Assembly: GCA_963537515.1 (NCBI GenBank)
Contig: CAUTEN010000002.1
Location: forward strand, 314 to 64,313
Length of the DNA: 64,000 bases
Source: an uncultured Fusobacterium sp.
GTDB taxonomy: Bacteria; Fusobacteriota; Fusobacteriia; Fusobacteriales; Fusobacteriaceae
Reading direction: 5' to 3'
A program made the translations under genes and the position numbers. Below the pieces are notes generated by a model that made no database searches, had not been told where the DNA came from, and was given only the letters and a program-made list of their open reading frames with translations. Below are positions 19,758 to 31,010 of the stretch, piece after piece (the stretch's first letter is position 1; every line of letters begins with the position of its first letter).

Positions 19758-22475
19758 ATGAATAAATTAATTTTTAATTATTTGCCTTACAATAATCAAA
19801 ATGAATTATATTCAAAAATGGATAAAATTATAAATGAAGATAGTTCAAATGATACTCTTGTTGTTGTTGAAAGTGGAATGGCACAAAAACATTATTTTAC
19901 CTATGTTAATAGAGGAAAATTATTAGTAAAAAATAATATTATCTCTTTTGAAGATTTTTTAGATAAGATTTTCCTTTCAAATAAAAAAGTTTTAGGAGAT
20001 ATTAAAAGATTTTTTCTTTTCTATTCTTGTTTGAAAGATGATATTAAAAAGAAATTAAATATCACTAATTATTTTGAATGTATAGAAATTGCAGATGATT
20101 TTTTTGAGTTTTTTTCATATATAAAAAATAAAGATATGTTAAAATTCTTAAATTTATCTAAATGGCAGGAAGAAAAGTTTGAAATATTTTTTGAAATAAA
20201 AGAAGAAATAGATAAATTTTTAGATAAAGATTCATATATTCCAACTGATTGGCTATATTCTTTGGAAAATTTAGATTTAACTATTATAGGAAAATATAAA
20301 AAAATAGTTTTTTTTGATATAGTTGATTTTCCACATAATTTTTTGGAAATAATAAATAGTATCCAAACTATATGTGAAGTGGAAATTATTTTACAGATGG
20401 AAAATAAAGACTTTAATGTGGAGAATTTAAAATTAATTAAAGTTAGTCTTCCTAACAAAAAAATAGATATAAAACTTTCAAAGTATACAAATGATTTAGA
20501 ATTACATACAATGATTAAAATTAATCAATATGATAGTTATTTTTCTACTGATTTAAATAAAGAAGACAGATATTCAATATTTACAAAATCTAACAAATTT
20601 CAGTTGAATGACACAAAGTTTTATCAAGTTATAGAAACTTACTTAAATCTTTTAAATGGAATAGATTACAAAAATAAAAAATATATAGATATTTTTCTTG
20701 TAAAGGAAAATATTTTTAAAAATGCCTTTATGAGCTTTTATGGTTTAGATAATGAAGATTATAAATCTTTTGAAAAAATAATCTCTAATGATTATAGATA
20801 TATTTCTCTGGAACTTTTAAATAAGAAATATTCAACATATTTAAAAGATAATGAGAACTTAAAAAGTAAATTAAAATTAATATTAGAAACTTTAGCTGAT
20901 ATAGAAAAGATAAAAGATATAAATACTTTAAATAATTTTTTATGTAATAAATTTTTTAGCTCAAAAACTGATATAGACTTTTTTATTGAAGGAAAGTTTG
21001 ATACTCTTTATGACAAAATTTATGAAATTTTAGGACTTTTAAATTCAAATGAAAATATAGATTTCTTTAAAAAGTTTAATAAGTTTTTTAAATCAAATTT
21101 AGGAAAAAATATTTTTACATTATTTTTTAATTATTTAAATAAAATAGATATTTATTCTATACAAAAAAATGTAAATAAAAATAAAGAATTAAAAAATTTA
21201 AATTTAATAAAATACTCTATTAAAAATATAGAAAATCCTGCTATTATTTATACAGATAGTCAAACTTTACCAAAAATAAAAGTTAATAATAATTTGTTCA
21301 CAGAACAACAAAAAATAAAATTAGGATTAAAAACTAATGAAGATGAAATTTTAATTCAAAAGTATAGATTTTTCCAAAATTTATTATCTTTAAATAGAGT
21401 GGATATTTATTCTATGGTAGACAGTGATAATAATATAGATTTCTCTGCTTTTATCTATGAATTTATCAATAAATATCCAGCTTTAGAAAATAATATAGAT
21501 AATTTAAAGCAATTTTTTAAAAGAATGGCTTTAAAAGAAAAAGACGAAAATGATTTTGAAAATGCTCCTTTTTTTAAAGCATACTCAAAAATTAAGAGTG
21601 ATTTCAAAGATAATAAATTGGAAATAGGTGCTTATGATTATATGCTATTAAAAAAGAATGAAAGCTTTTTCTTCCTATCTAAAATCTGTGGAATTAAAAG
21701 TTTTGATGAAATGGTAGCAGATGTTGGAATATCAGCAAAGGTTTTGGGAATTATTTTACACTCAGCTTTAGAGAAAATGTTTAAAGAAAATTGGAAAAAT
21801 ATTCTACAATCTTCTGAAAATTTACTGATTTCAAATGATGTAATTGAAGAATATTTGAAAAAAATTATTTCTAAAGAAGAATTAAAAATTGAAAGTTTTA
21901 TGACAAATTACATTAAAGAGGTTTTAATTCCAAGATTTGTATCTAATATAGAAAAGTTTTTAAAAATTTTATATGAAGAATTAAAGGATGAAAAGATTTT
22001 AAGGATTCAAGCAGAAAAAGACACTAAAACTGAAAAAAAAGTTTATTTAAAATATAATGAAATAGAAGTATTTTTAGATGGTAGAGCTGATTTACTTATA
22101 GAAACTTCTAAGGCAAGATATATTATAGACTTTAAAACAGGTGGCTATAACAAGGAGCAATTAGAGTTTTATGAAATAATGTTTTATGGTTCAGATAATT
22201 CTTTACCCGTTTATAGTGCTGTTTATAATTTTTGGGACGAGCAAGAGTCAAAAAATTTTAAATTTGAAAATCATTTAGTTGAAAATTTACCAGATAAAGA
22301 TAGTCAATTTAAAGAATTTTTAAAAGAGTTTTTAAAAGAAGGATTTTATATTTTACCTAAGAAATCAGCATTAAAAGAAAATAACTATGATTTTAATGAA
22401 TATTATAGATATAAACATATAATCCCACTAGAAAAAATGAAAGTAGTAGAAGCAAAAGGTGATAAAAATGAATAA
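19758..22475 (+). CDS. addB: AddB-like subunit with C-terminal PD-(D/E)XK nuclease
   Basis: GIILHSALE, GRADLL..IIDFKTG, QL..Y; overlaps addA; ATG 19758 with GGGGAG RBS (track start 19725). Confidence 0.75.
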   Translation: MNKLIFNYLPYNNQNELYSKMDKIINEDSSNDTLVVVESGMAQKHYFTYVNRGKLLVKNNIISFEDFLDKIFLSNKKVLGDIKRFFLFYSCLKDDIKKKLNITNYFECIEIADDFFEFFSYIKNKDMLKFLNLSKWQEEKFEIFFEIKEEIDKFLDKDSYIPTDWLYSLENLDLTIIGKYKKIVFFDIVDFPHNFLEIINSIQTICEVEIILQMENKDFNVENLKLIKVSLPNKKIDIKLSKYTNDLELHTMIKINQYDSYFSTDLNKEDRYSIFTKSNKFQLNDTKFYQVIETYLNLLNGIDYKNKKYIDIFLVKENIFKNAFMSFYGLDNEDYKSFEKIISNDYRYISLELLNKKYSTYLKDNENLKSKLKLILETLADIEKIKDINTLNNFLCNKFFSSKTDIDFFIEGKFDTLYDKIYEILGLLNSNENIDFFKKFNKFFKSNLGKNIFTLFFNYLNKIDIYSIQKNVNKNKELKNLNLIKYSIKNIENPAIIYTDSQTLPKIKVNNNLFTEQQKIKLGLKTNEDEILIQKYRFFQNLLSLNRVDIYSMVDSDNNIDFSAFIYEFINKYPALENNIDNLKQFFKRMALKEKDENDFENAPFFKAYSKIKSDFKDNKLEIGAYDYMLLKKNESFFFLSKICGIKSFDEMVADVGISAKVLGIILHSALEKMFKENWKNILQSSENLLISNDVIEEYLKKIISKEELKIESFMTNYIKEVLIPRFVSNIEKFLKILYEELKDEKILRIQAEKDTKTEKKVYLKYNEIEVFLDGRADLLIETSKARYIIDFKTGGYNKEQLEFYEIMFYGSDNSLPVYSAVYNFWDEQESKNFKFENHLVENLPDKDSQFKEFLKEFLKEGFYILPKKSALKENNYDFNEYYRYKHIIPLEKMKVVEAKGDKNE

Positions 22476-25400
22476 AATTAAAAATTTAGTTATAAAAGCT
22501 AGTGCTGGAACAGGTAAAACTTATAGGCTTTCACTTGAATATATAGTTGCTCTATGCAAAAAGGGAGATATTGAAGCAATAGATTATAAAAATATTTTAG
22601 TTATGACTTTCACAAGAAAAGCGACTGCTGAAATAAAAGAAGGAATACTAAATAAATTTTCTGAACTTATGGAGATACATGAGATAAGTAAAAATTCGCT
22701 TCTTCCTGTAAATGAGAGTATTTCAAATAGTAAGTTAATAGATGATAAAAAAAGAAAGAATTATCTTAATCTTATTGAAAGTATTAAAAATATAGAACCA
22801 AGTTTAGTTATAGATAATAGTTTATTAGAAAATCTATCAAAGATTCATAAAGAAATTATTAGAAATAAAGAAAAGTTAAAAATCTATACAATAGATGCCT
22901 TTTTCAATGTTATTTTTAAAAATATTGTTACAAATTTAATGAAAATAAAATCATATACTATGTTAGATGAAGAAGATAATTCTATATATTATAAAAAAGT
23001 GTTAGAAAATATTTTTAATAATGATAAATTATTTAATGATTTTAAAAACTTCTTTACTGAAAATTCTGAAAAAAATATAGATAACTATATTTCAATAATT
23101 CAAAGATTAATTTTTTCAAGATGGAAATATATTTTATCTTTAAATGATAATCCTAAACCTCTTAAAAAAGAAAAATTTAAAATTACTAAATCAAGTACAG
23201 AAATTTTAAGAGAAATTTTTTCATATATTGAAAATGACTGTAAAAAAGATTTAGATGATATCTTGAAAAAAGATTATAAGAAATATATTGGAAAAACTGA
23301 AGAAACTCAGAAAAAATTTTTATTTAAAGATTTTAAATTATTATTTAAAGATGGAACAGGTGGACTTGTTTACAATGGAAATAAATTAAAGAAAGCTACT
23401 GATGCTGGGCATAAAGAATATATAAATTCAAAGCACGAAAAATTAAGAGAAATTTTATCAAAAGAGATATATAATGAAGTTTTAATTCCTTATGAAGAAA
23501 AGATATTTGAGTTGAGTTCAGAAATTTATAATCTATATGATAATTTTAAAATTAAAGATAAAAAATTCACTTTTAGTGATATTGCAATCTATACTTATAT
23601 GGCGATATTCAATAAAAATAATGCTTTAAGAGATGAAAATGGATTGACAGATATATTTTTTGAATCATTGGATATGAATATTGAAGCTATTTTTATTGAT
23701 GAATTTCAAGATACAAGTATATTACAATGGAAAATACTTTATGAATTTACTAAAAAAGCAAAGTCTGTAATCTGTGTTGGAGATGAGAAACAAAGTATTT
23801 ATGGTTGGAGAGATGGAGAAAAAAGATTATTTGAAAAACTTGGTGAGATTTTGGATGCAAAAGCAGATCCATTAAAGGTGTCTTATAGAAGTGATAAAAA
23901 TATTGTTTCTTATTGTAACCAATTTTTTAAAACTATTGAAAAAATAGAAAATTGGCCATTTCCTATAAGTGAAATAAATTCAAAAAATGATGGTTATGTA
24001 AAAGCCATTTGTATAAAAGATTTACAAGACAAAGTAGAGGATGAGAAAGAAGAAGTTAATATTAACACTGTATTATTACAAGAATTGGAAAAATTTGCTC
24101 CTTATGATAATGTTGCAATAATAGCAAGAACTAATGCTGAACTTTCAGAAATTGCAAATCTTTTAGAAGATAAGAAAATACCCTATATTTTAAATAATGA
24201 GAAAAATATTTCAGAATATTCTGGTATTTTTGAATGCTTTGAACTATTGAAGTATTTAGTTTATGAAAATGAATTGGCATTATTTAATTTTATTTCTTCT
24301 CCTTTAAGTAATTTTGGAACAGCTGAAATTGAGATTTTATTAAAAAACAAAAAAGAATTGTTTTCATATATAAGTTTTTCACAAGATAATAATTTTATAA
24401 ATTCCTTAGAAAATAAAAAAATTATAGAATTTTTAGAAAAAATTGTATTTTTAAAAAAGAGTTATAAAAATTTTGCTGTACAAGATTTAATTTTTGAAAT
24501 TATTGAAAAGTTTCAATTTATAGAATGCTTTAGAAATGAAAATGAAGTAAAAAATATTTATGATTTTTATTTACTGACAAATTATTATTCTTCAATTTTG
24601 GACTTATTAAATGACTATAAAGAAAATAAACTTTCTCTCTCAGATACAAACTCTGAAAAAAAGGGAGTTGAATTAGTAACTATACATAAATCAAAAGGTT
24701 TAGAGTTTAAAACAACTTTTGTTATAAAAAGCAATAAAACATCTAAGGGTAGTGATATAGACTTCTTATTTGAAATGAATGAGCATTACAATGAAACAGT
24801 ATTTTCATTATTTTGTAAAAAAGGTTATAAGAGTATTTTAGAAACTTGCTTTAAAGAGAGAATAGAAAATTATAATAAAAAAATAAAAGAAGAAGAAATC
24901 AATAATTTCTATGTTGCTTTAACAAGACCTAAAAATAATCTTATAGTTATATATGAAGATAGATTTTTAGAAAAGAAGTCTATAAATGAACTTTCAACAG
25001 AAGAGTTAAAAGAAATTAATTTAGAAAACATTAGTTTTGGAAAATTATTTATTGATGATTTTTTTACTTGTGAATTGGGAGAACTTTCTTTAGATGAAAA
25101 AATTTCTGATGATAAAAATATAGTAGAAGAAAATTTTGAAAATGATATATCTAATTCTCAATCTTATTTTTTAGCTTCAGTTTCTGAAAAAGATGAAGAA
25201 GTAGAGAATATTAAAATTAGTGAAAGTAAATTTTTACTTGAAACAGAAGAAAAAAGAATGATAGGAATTTTAGTTCATTATTTCTTTGAAAATTTAAAAT
25301 ATGGGACAGATGAAGAAGTAAAATTTTCTAAGGCACTATGCTATAAAAAATATCTTTCATATTTTGGAGAAGAAAAATTAAATAAAATCTTTTCAACAGA

Positions 25401-25689
25401 AAATATAAAAATGTTTTTAACTAAGGATAAAGAAATTTTTTCTAAGAAATGGGATCATATTTATTCTGAATATGTTTTATATGACTATGAAGAAAAGAAA
25501 GAATACAGAATAGATAGGCTTATGATAAAAGATAATGGTGATGGTACAGGAGAAATTTATATAGTAGATTTCAAAACTGGTGGGAAAGATGAAAATCAGT
25601 TAAAAACTTATAAAGATGTATTAAAGCAAAACTTTGAAGAATTACAAAAATATCATATAAAAACTAAATTTTTAGAATTTGATATCTAA
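22468..25689 (+). CDS. addA: AddA-like UvrD helicase/RecB-type nuclease
   Basis: ASAGTGKT, TFTRKA, DEFQDT, VGDEKQSIYGWR, TIHKSKGLEF, YVALTR, RIDRL..IVDFKTG. Confidence 0.88.
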   Translation: MNKIKNLVIKASAGTGKTYRLSLEYIVALCKKGDIEAIDYKNILVMTFTRKATAEIKEGILNKFSELMEIHEISKNSLLPVNESISNSKLIDDKKRKNYLNLIESIKNIEPSLVIDNSLLENLSKIHKEIIRNKEKLKIYTIDAFFNVIFKNIVTNLMKIKSYTMLDEEDNSIYYKKVLENIFNNDKLFNDFKNFFTENSEKNIDNYISIIQRLIFSRWKYILSLNDNPKPLKKEKFKITKSSTEILREIFSYIENDCKKDLDDILKKDYKKYIGKTEETQKKFLFKDFKLLFKDGTGGLVYNGNKLKKATDAGHKEYINSKHEKLREILSKEIYNEVLIPYEEKIFELSSEIYNLYDNFKIKDKKFTFSDIAIYTYMAIFNKNNALRDENGLTDIFFESLDMNIEAIFIDEFQDTSILQWKILYEFTKKAKSVICVGDEKQSIYGWRDGEKRLFEKLGEILDAKADPLKVSYRSDKNIVSYCNQFFKTIEKIENWPFPISEINSKNDGYVKAICIKDLQDKVEDEKEEVNINTVLLQELEKFAPYDNVAIIARTNAELSEIANLLEDKKIPYILNNEKNISEYSGIFECFELLKYLVYENELALFNFISSPLSNFGTAEIEILLKNKKELFSYISFSQDNNFINSLENKKIIEFLEKIVFLKKSYKNFAVQDLIFEIIEKFQFIECFRNENEVKNIYDFYLLTNYYSSILDLLNDYKENKLSLSDTNSEKKGVELVTIHKSKGLEFKTTFVIKSNKTSKGSDIDFLFEMNEHYNETVFSLFCKKGYKSILETCFKERIENYNKKIKEEEINNFYVALTRPKNNLIVIYEDRFLEKKSINELSTEELKEINLENISFGKLFIDDFFTCELGELSLDEKISDDKNIVEENFENDISNSQSYFLASVSEKDEEVENIKISESKFLLETEEKRMIGILVHYFFENLKYGTDEEVKFSKALCYKKYLSYFGEEKLNKIFSTENIKMFLTKDKEIFSKKWDHIYSEYVLYDYEEKKEYRIDRLMIKDNGDGTGEIYIVDFKTGGKDENQLKTYKDVLKQNFEELQKYHIKTKFLEFDI

Positions 25690-25693
25690 TAAA

Positions 25694-25725
25694 ATGGGGT
25701 TGTTGGAATTTTCAACAGACCCCAT
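25694..25725. terminator. bidirectional terminator between addA and cysteine lyase
   Basis: ATGGGGTTGTTG...CAACAGACCCCAT hairpin between convergent genes. Confidence 0.7.
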
Positions 25726-25732
25726 AATTTAT

Positions 25733-26743
25733 TTAGAATGCTCTAAGAACATTTTTTATACTTTTAAAAACAATATCTTTTGATAAGAAATTTTCTTTTA
25801 CTTTTTCTTCTCTCATTAAATCAGTACTTAAATATTTTTTATTATCATCAGGAAATACAGTTACAATAATACTATCTTTTCCAAGTTTATTTTGTAACAT
25901 CAATGCACCTATGAAATTAGCTCCTGACGATATTCCAACTCCTAGACCTGCTTTTGCAAGTTTTTGTGCCATAATGATAGCATCTCCATCATCCACACTT
26001 ACAACTTCATCAAGTTTATCTAGTTTTACTAAATCAGGAATAAATTCATCAGAAATTCCTTCTATTCTATGTTTTGCAACCTTATATCCAGTAGATAAAG
26101 TTGGAGAACTTAAAGGTTCAAGTGGACATATTTTAGCATTAAGGAAGTTTTCTTTAATTCTTTGTCCTATTCCCATAACTGTTCCCCCAGTTCCAACTCC
26201 TGCAACAAAACCATCAATATTTAGATTTAAACTTTTCATTTCATTTATAATTTCTACACCAATTCCATAATAGTGAGCTTCACTATTATACAAATTAGAA
26301 AATTGACTAGGTAAATAAGTATCAGGATTATTTTTAGCAAACTCTTTTGTTTTTTCTATACTTCCTAAAAATCCTCCTTCTTCTCTACTCACTAAAACTA
26401 TGTTTGCTCCAAGAGAACGAATTAAAGATTTTCTTTCTTCACTCATCCAATCAGGCATATAAATAATAACAGGGTGTCCAAGAATTGCTCCCATAGCAGA
26501 AAAGGCTATTCCTGTGTTTCCACTTGTTGCTTCAACAATAGGAGCTCCTTTTTTAATCTCAGCTTTTTCATAAGCTTTTTTAAGTGTGTAAAAAGCCATT
26601 CTATCTTTTATACTTCCAGTTAAATTATAACTTTCATTTTTTACAAAAATTCTTCTTTCTTCTCCCTTGTAGTCAAATACCAATTCCAGCATAGGAGTTT
26701 TTCCAATTAAATTTTCTAAATATTTCATTTTTTCTTGTACCAT
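25733..26743 (-). CDS. PLP-dependent cysteine synthase family enzyme, likely the H2S/L-serine-producing L-cysteine lyase (Fn1055-type)
   Basis: TGSIKDR PLP lysine, ATSGNTG, GVGTGGT, HRIEGISDEF; sequence recalled as close to F. nucleatum Fn1055. Confidence 0.85.
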   Translation of the reverse strand: MVQEKMKYLENLIGKTPMLELVFDYKGEERRIFVKNESYNLTGSIKDRMAFYTLKKAYEKAEIKKGAPIVEATSGNTGIAFSAMGAILGHPVIIYMPDWMSEERKSLIRSLGANIVLVSREEGGFLGSIEKTKEFAKNNPDTYLPSQFSNLYNSEAHYYGIGVEIINEMKSLNLNIDGFVAGVGTGGTVMGIGQRIKENFLNAKICPLEPLSSPTLSTGYKVAKHRIEGISDEFIPDLVKLDKLDEVVSVDDGDAIIMAQKLAKAGLGVGISSGANFIGALMLQNKLGKDSIIVTVFPDDNKKYLSTDLMREEKVKENFLSKDIVFKSIKNVLRAF

Positions 26744-26906
26744 TATAGACCTCCATTATTATTTTATGAATTTATTTTAGTATAATACTCATTTGAAAAA
26801 TAATCAATATCAACAAATAAAACTTTTTATTTATTAAATAAATGCACTCACATTTTTAAAAATTTGTAGTATAATAAAAAAGTAATAAGTATAAAAAAGG
26901 AGAAAA

Positions 26907-27449
26907 ATGATGGACAATGATGTAAAACTAGGAAGATTTATTAGTCTTATTCTAAGACATAAACCAGAAACTATAAATTTAAAATTAGATAAAAATGGTT
27001 GGGCTGATACAAAAGAATTAATAGAAAAAATTAGTAAATCTGGAAGAGAAATTGATTTTAAAACATTGGAAAGAATAGTAAATGAAAATAATAAAAAGAG
27101 ATATAGTTTTAATGAAGATAAAACTAAAATAAGAGCTGTTCAAGGACATTCTATTGAAGTTAATTTAGAACTTAAAGAAGTTATTCCACCAGCTATTCTA
27201 TATCATGGAACAGCTTTTAAAAATTTAGAAAATATCAAAAAGCAAGGAATTAAAAAGATGAATAGACAATATGTTCATCTTTCAGCAGATGTAGAAACTG
27301 CTAAAAATGTTGCTACAAGACATAGTGGAAAATATATAATTCTTGAAATTGACACAGAAACAATGTTAAAAGAAAATTATAAATTTTATCTATCAGAAAA
27401 TAAAGTTTGGCTTACATATTTTGTTCCAAGTAAATTTATTAAATTTTAG
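26907..27449 (+). CDS. kptA: NAD-dependent RNA 2'-phosphotransferase (Tpt1/KptA)
   Basis: LRH, KKRY, IRAVQGHS, LYHGT, RQYVHLS. Confidence 0.95.
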   Translation: MMDNDVKLGRFISLILRHKPETINLKLDKNGWADTKELIEKISKSGREIDFKTLERIVNENNKKRYSFNEDKTKIRAVQGHSIEVNLELKEVIPPAILYHGTAFKNLENIKKQGIKKMNRQYVHLSADVETAKNVATRHSGKYIILEIDTETMLKENYKFYLSENKVWLTYFVPSKFIKF

Positions 27450-27452
27450 CTT

Positions 27453-27495
27453 AATAAAAGGTTTAAGGTTTAAAAAACTTTAATCCTTTTTTTAT
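27453..27495 (+). terminator. putative terminator after kptA
   Basis: AAAAGGTTTAAGGTTT...AAACTTTAATCCTTTTTTT imperfect hairpin with T-run. Confidence 0.55.
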
Positions 27496-27573
27496 TGATT
27501 TAAAATATATGATAAATATGATATAATTAATACTATAAAAATTTAATTTGAAAGGAATAGTGAAGTTAAACTA

Positions 27574-30411
27574 ATGATAGATAAAATTACTATAAAGGGA
27601 GCAAGACAACACAATTTAAAAAATATAGATATTGAACTCCCTAAAAATGAATTTATTGTTATAACAGGTGTGAGTGGAAGTGGAAAATCATCTCTTGCCT
27701 TTGATACAATTTATTCAGAAGGACAAAGAAGATATGTAGAAAGTCTTTCAGCTTATGCAAGACAATTTATAGGGCAAATGAACAAACCAGAAGTTGATAG
27801 TATAGAAGGTTTATCTCCTGCAATCTCAATAGAACAAAAAACTACAAATAGAAACCCTCGTTCAACAGTTGGAACAATTACAGAAGTTTATGATTATTTA
27901 AGACTTTTATTTGCACATATAGGAACTGCCCACTGTCCAATTTGCCACACAGCTGTTGAAAAACAAAGTGTAGATGAAATTGTTGAAAGTGTAATGACAA
28001 AATTTGTTGATGGAAGTAAAATTATTTTATTAGCACCTGTTGTCAAAGATAAAAAAGGTACTCATAAAAATATATTTTTAAATTTATTTAAAAAAGGTTT
28101 TGTAAGAGCAAGAGTAAATGGGGAAATACTTTATTTAGAAGATGAAATAGAGCTTGATAAAAATAAAAAACATAGTATAGAAGTTGTTGTAGATAGATTA
28201 GTTTTAAAAAAAGATGATAAAGATTTTGAAAGCAGATTAACTCAATCAATAGAAACTGCAATAGATTTATCAAATGGAAAATTAATTATAAATGATGGAA
28301 AAAATGATTATCTATATAGTGAAAATTATTCTTGTCCCAATCATGAAGATGTAAGTATACCTGAATTAAATCCAAGACTATTTTCATTTAATGCACCTTA
28401 TGGAGCTTGTCCTGAATGTAAAGGTTTAGGTAAAAAACTGGAAGTTGATGAAAATAAATTGATAGAAAATCCTGAACTATCTATTGAAGATGGAGGAATG
28501 TATATTCCAGGAGCTATGGCAAGAAAAGGTTATAGTTGGGAAATTTTTAAAGCTATGGCAAAGGTAGCTAAAATTGATTTAACTAAACCTGTTAAAGATT
28601 TAAGCAAAAAAGAATTAGATATAATATTCTATGGCTATGATGAAAAATTTAGATTTGACTATACTGGTGGAGAATTTGATTTTCATGGCTATAAAGAATA
28701 TGAAGGAGCTGTTAAAAACTTAGAAAGAAGATATTATGAAAGTTTTTCAGAAGCCCAAAAAGAAGAAATTGAAAATAAATATATGGTAGAAAGAATTTGT
28801 AAAGTTTGTAATGGAAAAAGATTGAAAGATGAAGTTTTAGCAGTAACTGTCAATGGAAAAAATATTATGGAAATCTGTGATATGAGTATTAAAAACTCTC
28901 TTGATTTCTTTTTGAATATGAATTTAACTGAAAAGCAAGAAAAGATTGCTAAGGAAATTCTAAAAGAAATTAGAGAAAGATTAACATTTATGACTAATGT
29001 TGGTTTAGATTATTTAACACTTTCAAGAGAAACCAAAACTTTATCTGGTGGGGAATCTCAAAGAATAAGACTTGCAACTCAAATAGGTTCAGGACTTACA
29101 GGTGTTCTATATGTTTTAGATGAGCCAAGCATAGGATTGCATCAAAAAGACAATGATAAATTACTTGCAACTTTAAATAGACTTAAAGAATTGGGAAACA
29201 CTTTAATAGTGGTTGAACATGATGAAGATACTATGATGCAAGCTGATAAAATTCTAGATATCGGACCAGGAGCTGGAGAATTTGGTGGAGATATTGTAGC
29301 CTTTGGTAGTCCAAAAGAAATAATGAAAAATAAAAACTCTATCACAGGAAAATTTTTAAGTGGTAAAGAAGCTATTGAAATTCCTAAAAAAAGAAGAAAA
29401 TGGAATAAATCTATCAAACTTTATGGTGCAAAAGGTAATAATCTTAAAAATATTGATGTAGAATTTCCATTAGGAGTTATGACTGTTGTTACAGGAGTAA
29501 GTGGAAGTGGTAAATCAACTCTTGTAAACTCAACTCTTTATCCTGTTTTATTTAATAAATTAAATAAAGGAAAGTTATATCCATTAGAATATGAAAAAAT
29601 TGAAGGTTTAGATCATTTAGAAAAAGTTATCAATATAGATCAAACTCCAATAGGAAGAACTCCAAGATCTAACCCTGCAACATATACAAAACTTTTTGAT
29701 GATATAAGAGATATTTTTGCTGAAACTCAAGATGCAAAACTTCATGGATTTAAGAAAGGTAGATTTTCATTTAATGTTAAAGGTGGAAGATGTGAAGCTT
29801 GTCAAGGTGCAGGAATATTAAAAATTGAGATGAATTTCTTACCTGATGTCTATGTTGAATGTGAAGTTTGTAAGGGAAAAAGATATAATAAAGAAACATT
29901 AGATGTGTACTATAAAGGGAAAAATATTTATGATGTCTTAGAGATGAGTGTACTTGAAGCCTATGAATTTTTTAAGAATATTCCATCATTGGAAAGAAGA
30001 TTAAAAGTTCTAATAGATGTAGGCTTGGACTATATAAAATTAGGACAACCTGCAACAACTCTATCTGGTGGAGAAGCACAAAGAATTAAACTTGCAACTG
30101 AGCTTTCAAAGATGAGTAAAGGGAATACTGTATATATTTTAGATGAGCCTACAACAGGATTACATTTCCAAGATATAAAAAAATTATTAGAAGTTTTAAA
30201 TAGACTTTTAGAAAAAGGTAACACTGTTATAATAATTGAGCATAATCTTGATGTTATAAAAACTGCTGATTATATAATAGATATAGGTGTAGATGGTGGA
30301 GAAAATGGTGGAACTATTGTTGCTACTGGAACACCAGAAGAAATTGCAAAATCTAAGAAAAGTTATACAGGAAAATATATTGCTAAAATTTTAAAAAGTA
30401 AGAAAAAATAA
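27574..30411 (+). CDS. uvrA: excinuclease ABC subunit A
   Basis: two GVSGSGKS Walker A motifs, zinc fingers, [12 protein letters not shown] / [12 protein letters not shown]. Confidence 0.99.
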   Translation: MIDKITIKGARQHNLKNIDIELPKNEFIVITGVSGSGKSSLAFDTIYSEGQRRYVESLSAYARQFIGQMNKPEVDSIEGLSPAISIEQKTTNRNPRSTVGTITEVYDYLRLLFAHIGTAHCPICHTAVEKQSVDEIVESVMTKFVDGSKIILLAPVVKDKKGTHKNIFLNLFKKGFVRARVNGEILYLEDEIELDKNKKHSIEVVVDRLVLKKDDKDFESRLTQSIETAIDLSNGKLIINDGKNDYLYSENYSCPNHEDVSIPELNPRLFSFNAPYGACPECKGLGKKLEVDENKLIENPELSIEDGGMYIPGAMARKGYSWEIFKAMAKVAKIDLTKPVKDLSKKELDIIFYGYDEKFRFDYTGGEFDFHGYKEYEGAVKNLERRYYESFSEAQKEEIENKYMVERICKVCNGKRLKDEVLAVTVNGKNIMEICDMSIKNSLDFFLNMNLTEKQEKIAKEILKEIRERLTFMTNVGLDYLTLSRETKTLSGGESQRIRLATQIGSGLTGVLYVLDEPSIGLHQKDNDKLLATLNRLKELGNTLIVVEHDEDTMMQADKILDIGPGAGEFGGDIVAFGSPKEIMKNKNSITGKFLSGKEAIEIPKKRRKWNKSIKLYGAKGNNLKNIDVEFPLGVMTVVTGVSGSGKSTLVNSTLYPVLFNKLNKGKLYPLEYEKIEGLDHLEKVINIDQTPIGRTPRSNPATYTKLFDDIRDIFAETQDAKLHGFKKGRFSFNVKGGRCEACQGAGILKIEMNFLPDVYVECEVCKGKRYNKETLDVYYKGKNIYDVLEMSVLEAYEFFKNIPSLERRLKVLIDVGLDYIKLGQPATTLSGGEAQRIKLATELSKMSKGNTVYILDEPTTGLHFQDIKKLLEVLNRLLEKGNTVIIIEHNLDVIKTADYIIDIGVDGGENGGTIVATGTPEEIAKSKKSYTGKYIAKILKSKKK

Positions 30412-30422
30412 AGAGGTTAAAA

Positions 30423-31007
30423 ATGTTTGAGTATCTATATGGAACAGTAGAATATAAGAAAATGGATTATATAGCCATAGATATAAATGGAGTTGGTTAT
30501 AGAGTATATTTTCCACTTAGAGAATATGAGAAAATAGAAGTAGGAAATAAATATAAATTTTATATATATAATCACATTAAAGAAGATACATATAAATTAA
30601 TTGGTTTTTTAGAAGAGGGAGATAGAAAAATTTTTGAGTTACTGCTAAAAATAAATGGAATAGGTTCATCTTTGGCATTGGCAGTTTTATCAAATTTTTC
30701 ATATAATAAAATTATTGAAATTATTTCAAAAAATGATTATACTACTCTTAGGCAAGTTCCAAAATTAGGAGAAAAAAAGGCACAAATTATTATCTTAGAC
30801 TTGAAAGGAAAATTAAAAAATCTTACTTATACAGAAGAAGAAACAGTTTCTATGGATATGTTGGAAGATTTAGTTTTAGCATTGGAAGGCTTAGGATACA
30901 ATAAAAAAGAAATTGATAAAACTTTGGAAAAAATTGATTTGAGTAAATTTTCTTCTTTAGAAGAAGCAATAAAAGGAATTTTAAAAAATATGAGAATAGG
31001 AGATTAG
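30423..31007 (+). CDS. ruvA: Holliday junction branch migration protein
   Basis: NGVGY, LIGF, HhH motifs INGIG and VPKLGEKKA, ALEGLGY C-terminal domain. Confidence 0.95.
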   Translation: MFEYLYGTVEYKKMDYIAIDINGVGYRVYFPLREYEKIEVGNKYKFYIYNHIKEDTYKLIGFLEEGDRKIFELLLKINGIGSSLALAVLSNFSYNKIIEIISKNDYTTLRQVPKLGEKKAQIIILDLKGKLKNLTYTEEETVSMDMLEDLVLALEGLGYNKKEIDKTLEKIDLSKFSSLEEAIKGILKNMRIGD

Positions 31008-31010
31008 AAA

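Noticed and set aside
19758..25689. Helicase plus nuclease pair as a novel anti-phage defence system
   Set aside because: Domain layout and overlap match housekeeping AddAB; no defence-island context
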